A DNA stretch of 28,252 nucleotides from Saprolegnia diclina VS20 (Eukaryota): NCBI RefSeq assembly GCF_000281045.1, contig NW_008246076.1, forward strand, positions 124,001 through 152,252. The letters run 5' to 3'. Numbering within the stretch: position 1 is the stretch's first letter; every line of letters starts with the position of its first letter. Below are positions 20,403-28,252 of the stretch, piece by piece. Both the position numbers and the translations under genes were made by a program. Below the pieces are notes generated by a model that did no database searches, was not told the DNA's origin, and saw only the letters and a program-made list of their open reading frames with translations.

Positions 20403-23400
20403 ATGGACCTGCTACGAAGGCCACTGCTGCGGCAAGCGGGCGGTATCGCGTACGCGCTCACCTCGGTGCTCTTGAGCGTCTATGCGCTGCGTCTTCTCTC
20501 ACCGTACCTCAGCAACGACGCTCTCTGGGCGTCCTTTGCCGAGACAGCCGTGCCGCTCGTCCAGAGCTTCAACGACGCGCTTGCGCTCTCAGCTTCTAAC
20601 GTCTCGTTCAACCTCCTTGATCGCTCCGTCGCGCGCTGGCACCGCACTCGGCCATCGCAAGTGCTCGTCTCGGCCATCTACGCTCGCAAGGTGCTATTTG
20701 AAGATATGAGTGTGCCCTTGGCAGCGATATCGGCGCTTCGCACGTACGACGTGTCACGGCTGTCGTACCTCATGACGGGCTACTGCTACGTCGACCTCGC
20801 CCGACGTTGGAGCTTGGCGCACACCGACCGCCGCATGCAGCGCTGCGCTGAGCGATACACCGATAACGGCGCTGTCTACTTGGAGGCCATTTTGCGCAAC
20901 GTCGAGTTCGATGAGTGGTATGCCTCGAATGCAGCATCGTTTGATGCGAGCATCGGAAATGGGGTTGCTACGTCACCTGGTGGTGACGCGTGGCTGGCGT
21001 CGCTGCACAATGACACGTGGCGCCCGCTCCCCGATGAGCTTCGTGTCTGGACCGACGCCGGGATCAAGGCCTTTACGCTGCAGTACGCCAACCGAATTCG
21101 AACTGGCATCAACGAAGGCATTGGCGTGGCGAACGCACTCGGGCTGGCCCATACGCTGTCGCTCAAGACGATTCCCAGCGCCGACATGGGCACGTTCTGG
21201 ACGACGTCGTACCTCTTTGCTGGACTCCAAACCGACTGGAACGCGCTGCCGTTCAACACAAGTCTGGTTCGGTCGACGCCCAATTTCTTTGGGTTTTCAT
21301 ATCCGAATGTGCTGGAAGACTACAACGTCGGGTCGCCCATGAGTGCCCTCCACCGTGTGCTACATGACGACCTCGGCCCCTTTGCGTCTGTCGATCTGTA
21401 CTGGGTGCCCGTGCCAGCGGCGCTGCTCGCAAGCGTACATGCTGTGCACGTGGCCGTGGGTTCGAGCCCCGTCGATGCCGCTCTCAACGCAATTCCAGAC
21501 ACGACTTTGCACCCGACGCCGACCAAATGGCTCGCCTTGGACCACGAGACGAGGTTCCTTGGCGGCAGTCCGTTCTGCACCTTTGGGATGCCGCTCCCTT
21601 TTGTGCAAGAGTCATTTGGCTTTGATGACGCCTGTGCGTCACAAATCCCGCTCGCGGTGTTGTAGCAACCCGTGGCCAGTGTGTTTGCGGTCCTTGCGGG
21701 GTATCCACCGACGCCGCAAGCCTGTGCGCTTGTGCCCAGCGGCGAAGAAGCGGCGTGCCACCGCGCCCGCGCCGCGACCTTGGCCGCGGCCGCCCACCTC
21801 GAAAACTTCGAAACCGCAGCTGCAGTCGTCGATCTCGATGACACTCTGTCCATTTTACAATTCGTCGTAGACCGCAACGGATCCCTATACCTAGAAGCGC
21901 AAGATCTGTTGACGGATGCGGATTTCCGCTTTTTCGGCGCCATGATGGTCCACGAGTGGGCCCTCACGCTGCGCGAAGCCATCGTGTTGCAAGGAGACAA
22001 GGGTGACATGGCTATCCTCTCGACGCGAACCGCGCTTGTAGAGAGCGTCGTGACCCCGCCATTAACGTCGCTGAGCATGTATCTCTGGCGCGCGGCCGCG
22101 ACCACGTCCTTTGGCCTGGCCGCCCTCTTGATGCTCTTCCTCTCGCTGTGTGCCTACCACCGCCCGGTTGCCTCCAACTGGTTTTGCTGGCACCGTCTCG
22201 TGGGCGCGATCTGGCTCAGTCGCAGCGTCGTGCTCCTTCGCGCGCTCGCAGCGACCGTAGCGCTCATCACGACCGACATTGCACTTGCCTCGGCGTCCTC
22301 CAGCGTCCTTACAGTCGTCCCCAAACCTTTGTTCCCGACGTTTGTTTTGGCCAGTGAAGTGCTCTGGTTGGCCTACACTATCGTCGACATACTCGCACCG
22401 TGGACGGAGCCCTTTACGAGCGTATATGCCCCGCGGGCCTCGGTCACCGCCTGGGTGCTCATGGTTATCTACGCGCAGTGGGATGCGCTCACTGTCGCCG
22501 CCACCTTGCACCGATCGTGTTTCGTTGTCAACATGGACCAGCTCGTCGTTTGCACGAGCGGTAGCGTCGTCCTCGCCTCGGTGCGCTGGACGCTCAGTGT
22601 CGCTGACATCAATCTCGTGTGCATGAGTGGATTTGCGCTCGGACACTACTGGCACCGACGTCGACAGCTGCAGACTTTTGTGGCGCAGTGGTCGTCGTCG
22701 ATGCACCAGGTGCCGTCGCTCGCACTGCCCACGACAGCCATCGCGTTTGTTCAGCCGCCGCCATCGACCAATGGCGACATGACACTCGACGCGGTCACCG
22801 CCGCCATGTGTGGGCTCTTCTACGTTCCGAATCGGTTCATTTTTGACGTTGAGCTCTGGCGCGTCTTCCCGCCGCTGCCGGCGATCGCAGGGCCCGGCGG
22901 CGGTCTCTGGCTCCCTCGCGCCCACGCGGTCACTGGCAACGCGGCAGCCCCCACATTAGAGCTGCTGCCACACCCGCCAAGAACCAAAGTCTGGCACATC
23001 TTTACCCACTTGGAGTCCCTCGCACAGGCCATGGGCTTTCTCTACTTGGGCGCGACCCTCTTTGGGAACGTGGCGTATCTGAGTGTCGTCCAGTCGAATC
23101 TCGCCAACGACTATGGCTGGGCGGGCTTCAACGCCACGGGCACATACGCTTTTCTCGGAAATCTCTTCAATCGACGGCTCCTGACCCACTCGTTTGACGA
23201 TGGATTCACGCTGAACGACCCCGCTTTTGCCGACACTTCGCAGCTATACAACCTCAGCGTTGGCGCCATTCGCGTCAGTGGCCACGCCGCGCGGCGACAG
23301 CTCTTCTCACCTGACGTTGCACTGGAAGACGTCGTCGCCAACCTCCGGCGCATGGACCCGTGCCGCTTGCCGTGGATGTTTACGCAATACTGCTTTGTCG

Positions 23401-25649
23401 ACCTTGGTCGGCGCTGGTCGCTCGCGAGCTCGTCTGCGCGGGAAGCGCGGTGCCGCTCGCGGTATGTGTCGAATGGCGCCGTCTACTTGGAGACGAGCCT
23501 TGGCAACGTCATGCGCTGGGACGACTGGACGCAGTGCTGGGGCACGTCGTTTGAGGTGGGCATTGCGACGGCGCTCGCAACGTCGGTCGATGGCCGCGAC
23601 TGGCTCCGTGCGATTCAAAGCAATGCGAGAAGTTGCGTCGACGAAGCGGCCTACTGGCGCCAGGCCGGCGTCGCTGGGTTCACGCTGCAGTGGCAAAACT
23701 TCAAGACGACGGGCTTCTCGGATGCGTTCTACATTGAGAACGCACTGGGACTGCAGTATGCGCTGCCGCTGAGCAATACGCCAGGCGCGTACCACCTCAC
23801 GCAGCAAAACTCGATACGCATGTACTGGAGCTTTGCCAGCGACCTCTGGGCCATTTCGAATAACGCGACACTGCTCGGGAGCGCCAGCCTCGTGCGCCAG
23901 AGTCCGATGTTCGCCTACGCCAACACGACGCCGATTGCGGTGTTGTTCCAGAACCTGACGCTCGTGCCGCCGTTGAACGCAGGCCTCGTGAGCTTGGAAA
24001 CACATATCGGACCATTTGGCAACGTCGACATGATCTATGTGCCGGTGCCGTCGTCGCTCTCGGCGCTCTACGCCAACTTTACGGGCAGCCTCGCGCGTCT
24101 CTTGCTCGCCAACGAAAGTGCCACTCAGTGGTTCTTCCGCCTGCCCTACCGCACCTACTTGTACGAGTCGCTGCCAGGGTTAGGGCAGGACCCCAATGTG
24201 CGCACTGTTGGCGGCAACCTCATGTGTGGCAGTGACTGTCCAGCGTGGACGGCCATGTATGGGATCGATAGCTTCTTTGGCGTGCATAATCTTTGCCACG
24301 CCTTCTTCTCCGAAAAGCTGTCGCCAACCTCCACCAGCGTTTTGTTTTCTCTGCTTGGTCTCAACTCGACGCTGTCGCCCATGCCTCTTGACAGACGATC
24401 GACCATGGCTGCCGTGTGCACGTACGATGTCTACGCCACGCCATCCTGCATCGACGACTACCTCATGTACGATGCTTTTGCGTCAACTTATGAGCTCACA
24501 TCAGTGGCCTCGCTGCTCGCTACCACCGTGGCTGACCTAACCTCGCTCAACATCTCGGCCGTGCAATGGCTGCAGCATGGCGCGTCACCCCTCTTCCTCT
24601 ACATGACGCCGCTACTTGCAAGCGACGAGGTTTGGTCCTTCTATGGGTGGGGCTTCATCTACGAATGGGTGATCGGTCTACGCGAAGTCGTCGCATTTGA
24701 TGGTGACGTTGGTCGCGTCACGACACTGTCGGCGTCGCAAGCACCGGCCCACTTCTCGCCCGAGAGCGCCGCAATTGCGCCGAGCTTCTCGCTCGCGTGC
24801 TTGGTGTGTGTGCAGTACATCACGCTGCTGCTCATCGTCATCTCCGTGCTGGTTGTGTGCACGGCGCTGCAGCAGCGCGGCCGCGTCGAGGCGCTCAACC
24901 TCTTGTACATCAACCGCATTGTCGGGCTTGTTTGGATCGGCCGACCCTTGCTCCTTGTCCGCAGTCTCACGGCGCTTTGGCTGTTGCACACGACGCCGCT
25001 CGAGCTCGTCCAGACGCACGGCGTTCTCACGTCGTTTGTGAGCCTGCCGCTGCTGTGGTACAAGGTGATTCTGGCCGGCGCCGAGCTCACGTGGAGTGTC
25101 TACATTCTCAACGACCTTTTGAGCTGCTTGACGCAGCAGTACACGGCGTTGTATGCACCAAAGAGCTCCAATCTCACGTGGGCCGCGGCCATTGTATGGA
25201 CGTACATAGCACCGCAGCAGCACCGCGCATTTCTCCACCGACATTGCGTCGCGCACAATATGGACGATGCGCTGCAGTGCGTCAGCGGAGGCGTCGAGAT
25301 TGGCAGCGTTGCCCGCGTCAGTGTCAGCATTGGCATTGGTATCCTAGCGATCGTGGTCTGCTGCATCTTTGAGGTGCTGCGCCGCCCGAACGTACCGCCC
25401 AACAGCGTCGGAACCCTCTTATTGAATGCGCAGAGCTACTACGTACTCGACTTTGGCCGCTGGACCTGGGAAGGGGACGTGTACTTGGACAAGATGTCTG
25501 CGATCATGGCCGGGATCCTTGCAGTGCAAGTCCGCGAGTCGCTGTACGTGTTTGACATCAAAACGTGGCGCCTCTTTCATCAACCGGTGGAGCCGCCGTC
25601 GCTCAAGCCTGCGCGGCTCCGTCAGGCCGTGCCACTCAGTCGCGTATAG
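20403..25649 (+). pseudogene. Large internally duplicated multi-pass membrane protein of a Saprolegniales-type expanded family, interrupted by one in-frame TAG at 21663-21665
   Basis: ORFs 20358-21665 and 21672-25649 are in the same frame. Two homologous halves each carry L(S/A)ND..WA.F, YC(Y/F)VDL.RRWSLA...RC..RY..NGAVYLE, GPF..VD..(W/Y)VPVP and W...LRE...(L/F).GD.G, followed by several hydrophobic helices. Confidence 0.7.
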
Positions 25650-25847
25650 CCCTAACCGTAAATACGTCCAACAGAGCTTCAACAAGGGTGGCCTATCGGT
25701 GCTAGCGATGCCATAAGTGCTGTGTACCCAAGTCCTGTACTCCTGTGTACTCTATGTGGTTGGGGAAAGTGGGGTTTCGGATTTTGTTAGCTTTTGATGC
25801 GCAAAGCATTAATCAAGTATGCACAATAGAGTATCGATTCAGTCAAA

Positions 25848-27110
25848 TTAGGCTGCGACCATGGCCACGGACGTGGCACCGCTCGTGGCCTGGCGGTTGC
25901 CGACGGTGTTCTTGAGGTAGCAGACGCCGTCGGCCAGCGTGAACGCCGCACACGACGCTGTCTTCTTGCAGCCATCGCAGCACTGCGCTAGCATGGATGT
26001 AAAGTCGCCATAGGCCTTGAAGTTGGAGAGATCGTTGCCGAACAAGTCGGTGTTCCACTCGGGCGACCCGCAGGCGCGCGTGACCGGTGTCGGTGTCGGC
26101 GCCGATGCCTTGCGCGCTGACACGACGCCGGGCGCCACCTTGCGTCCGTCTGCCGACGACTTGAGGTAGCACGTTTCACCAGCGACCGAAAAGGCGTTGC
26201 AACGATCGTTCTTGGTGCACGCACTGCAGCAGACGCGAATCTGGTCGGCCTGGGGGCCCACGACATTGAGACTGCCGACGTCGTTGCCGTAGTAGTCGAT
26301 GTTGGCTTCCGGCGCGCCACATGTGCTCGGTGTCGGGTCACTCGTCGTCGGCGTCGGTGTCGGGTTGCTGGACGTCGGCGTCGGGTTGCTGGGTGTCGGC
26401 GTCGGGTTGCTGGGTGTCGGCGTCGGCGTGCCCGGCTTGCCAAACTGCTGCGGAATCTCTGTGCACTTGCCCTCTGTCAACGCCACCGTCGCCGTGATCG
26501 TCTCGCCATTGAACGACGTCATCGTCACCGTCGTGTTGGACAACGGCACCTCCGGCTTTGGCTCGGCCTGGAAGTAATAGTTGGTGATCTCGGTCGCGTA
26601 CCGAGCCGGCTTGCCGTTCACACTCATGCTCTGGACACCGCCGACCGTGTTGGTCGGCTGCACCGCGAGCCAGTACGGCGAGCTGCCCGACTTGGCGCAG
26701 ACTTTGACGCCGCCAGCGACGGGGCAGTCGACAAACTCCCACGCAATTTGGAACCAGTCGGTCGTGGCGCCCGTGAGCTGTTGGAAGAAAGGATACGAGA
26801 ACGTGAGGTCGCCCTTGGCACAGCCCGGACACGTGTTGGTGACTTGGCCGGTGACCTTTGGTGTGTCCTTGCAGCGAGCGTCGGTGCACTGGGCTTGGAT
26901 GCAGCGGCCGCAGTGGATGCCTTGTTGGTACTGGTCGAGGTTCATGGCGACTTGGAATTGGCGCGCGGTCGGGAGGGCGTCCATGAGGCCGCAGTTGCCG
27001 CTGAAGACGTCAACGCCGTCAGCAGGGCCATACAGCGTGGCTTTGCCCTTGAATGACTCGGCCATGGAGAGACTGAGAAGCGCACTGAGTGGCAACACGA
27101 TACGGACCAT
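25848..27110 (-). CDS. Secreted expansin-like protein (DPBB + CBM63-like) with Pro/Thr linker and two PAN/Apple domains
   Basis: Signal peptide MVRIVLPLSALLSLSMA; expansin motifs GKATLY..GNCG, CGRCIQAQC, CPGC, IAWEFVDCP, GSSPYWLAVQP; (TPTPSNP)n linker; two C...D(Y/L)xGND..CC..C.....C.AF......CYLK modules. Confidence 0.9.
   Translation of the reverse strand: MVRIVLPLSALLSLSMAESFKGKATLYGPADGVDVFSGNCGLMDALPTARQFQVAMNLDQYQQGIHCGRCIQAQCTDARCKDTPKVTGQVTNTCPGCAKGDLTFSYPFFQQLTGATTDWFQIAWEFVDCPVAGGVKVCAKSGSSPYWLAVQPTNTVGGVQSMSVNGKPARYATEITNYYFQAEPKPEVPLSNTTVTMTSFNGETITATVALTEGKCTEIPQQFGKPGTPTPTPSNPTPTPSNPTPTSSNPTPTPTTSDPTPSTCGAPEANIDYYGNDVGSLNVVGPQADQIRVCCSACTKNDRCNAFSVAGETCYLKSSADGRKVAPGVVSARKASAPTPTPVTRACGSPEWNTDLFGNDLSNFKAYGDFTSMLAQCCDGCKKTASCAAFTLADGVCYLKNTVGNRQATSGATSVAMVAA
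26350..26427 (-). repeat. 21-bp coding tandem repeat (PTPTPSN linker)
   Basis: Repeated gtcggcgtcgggttgctgggt units. Confidence 0.85.
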
Positions 27111-27132
27111 AATGTTACGGTGGTGTCTTGGA

Positions 27133-27150
27133 GGAAGTTGGAAAATGAAA
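27133..27150 (-). promoter_or_regulatory. Oomycete Inr+FPR-like core promoter
   Basis: Minus-strand TTTCATTTTCCAACTTCC lies ~22 nt upstream of the ATG at 27110, arguing against the longer ORF start at 27434. Confidence 0.5.
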
Positions 27151-27948
27151 GACAACCTTTGACGAGGCTTGTAGACAGGCTGCCGTGCAGAGAGGTACGT
27201 CGGTTTGCTAGTTCTTTGGTCGCGTATGAACTGCAAGGTGCAATGAAGTGCCTCCGTGTCGCGCGCACATGTCTCGCGACCGTAGACGCTATACAAGTCG
27301 AGTACCTTGCAGAGTACGCTAGGACGTATCAAGGTACTTTGCACGTGGTGTCGCCGACAGCCTCGCTTTGCCGACGAATTTTTGGCGCAGCTGGCCATTC
27401 TGAGCCGCACGTTCCGTCCGACCAAGATATACATGCGTGTCTATATGTCCTCTGGGAATGCATCTTTGACGAAGAATGTCGTATACCGAAACCGATAAAC
27501 ACGAACGGGGAGAAGCATCGAACCGAACGATGGAACGTCGTCGTTCGTTCGTTCTCGAAGACAAAAACTCCCAGTTCATTATTTTCAAGGGATTGATAAT
27601 GATATTTCTACTCGTGTTCTGTAGAACGCCATATTTGCACAAAGGACGCGATCTACGCTCGCATTAGCAAAAAAGATACGCTTTGGCGGCGAAAATTTGT
27701 GGTTGGACGGGACATTCCGACCTCGTCCATTCCAACCAGACCCGGAAACAGCTGTTTTGGGTCTGGGCGGCGTGTCGAGAGCTCGTCGAGCTCGTCAGAC
27801 TTGTGCCATTTCGTTTTGATAATAGCATGATAGTATACGTGCACATGAACACTTAGAATGGACGAATTAATTTTATTTGTTTTTCTGCGGAGCTGGCAAA
27901 GGCAATGGGAGCTGCTGAGTTGCTGGATCGAGTCCAATCAACGTCTAC

Positions 27949-28252
27949 TTACATCGTGGTCATGGCCACGGACGTGGCGCCGTTCTTGGTCTGACGGTTG
28001 CCGACGGCGGACTTGAGGTAGCAGACGCCGTCGGACAGCGTCACAGCGGCACACTTTTCGTGGACCTTGCAGCCCTCGCAGCACTGCGCAAGCATCGCCG
28101 TGAACTCGCCTTGCGCCTTGAAGTTAGCCACATCATTCCCAAACATGTCCATGTTCCACTCGGGTGCACCGCACGCCCGAGCGACTGGTGTCGGTGCCGG
28201 GCTCACCGGCGCCACCGTCGGGGTTGGGCTCACGGACGACGGCTCAGGTGTC
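27949..28252 (-). CDS. 3' part of a tandem paralog ending in a Pro/Thr linker and PAN/Apple domain (gene continues beyond the window)
   Basis: RACGAPEWNMDMFGNDVANFKA..CCEGC..CYLKSAVGNRQTKNGATSVAM is closely similar to the last Apple domain of 25848-27110. Confidence 0.85.
   Translation of the reverse strand, partial: TPEPSSVSPTPTVAPVSPAPTPVARACGAPEWNMDMFGNDVANFKAQGEFTAMLAQCCEGCKVHEKCAAVTLSDGVCYLKSAVGNRQTKNGATSVAMTTM

Noticed and set aside
27111..27434. 108-aa N-terminal extension of the expansin-like ORF (and the similar extension 5378-5506 of the third bZIP)
   Set aside because: The signal peptide or paralog alignment and Inr elements place the true starts downstream.
1..28252. CRISPR arrays, rRNA, tRNA, prokaryotic operons or defence systems
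   Set aside because: None seen. The sequence is intron-containing eukaryotic DNA and its repeats lack repeat-spacer organisation.

Overview
This is eukaryotic, GC-rich, gene-dense DNA with very short (about 32-63 nt) GT-AG introns and oomycete-type Inr/FPR core promoters. The gene families point to an oomycete, probably Saprolegniales (inference). In order, the window holds: a frameshifted 3' remnant of an L1/Tx1-type LINE with a candidate target-site duplication; three tandem bZIP-like genes with Cys at the invariant Asn position; a PreY/Trm112-like protein; a 4-exon ELYS-like nucleoporin; a structured intergenic region carrying two telomere-template-like motifs; three Cu-only SOD-like genes with different C-tails and no visible signal peptide; a PX+RING-H2 protein; a ~10-exon pseudokinase; an ABM-domain protein; MON1; a degenerate relic; a large internally duplicated membrane protein split by a single in-frame TAG; and an expansin-like/PAN-Apple gene lacking the catalytic Asp, followed by part of a paralog. 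All exon structures were spliced by eye and no database search was run.
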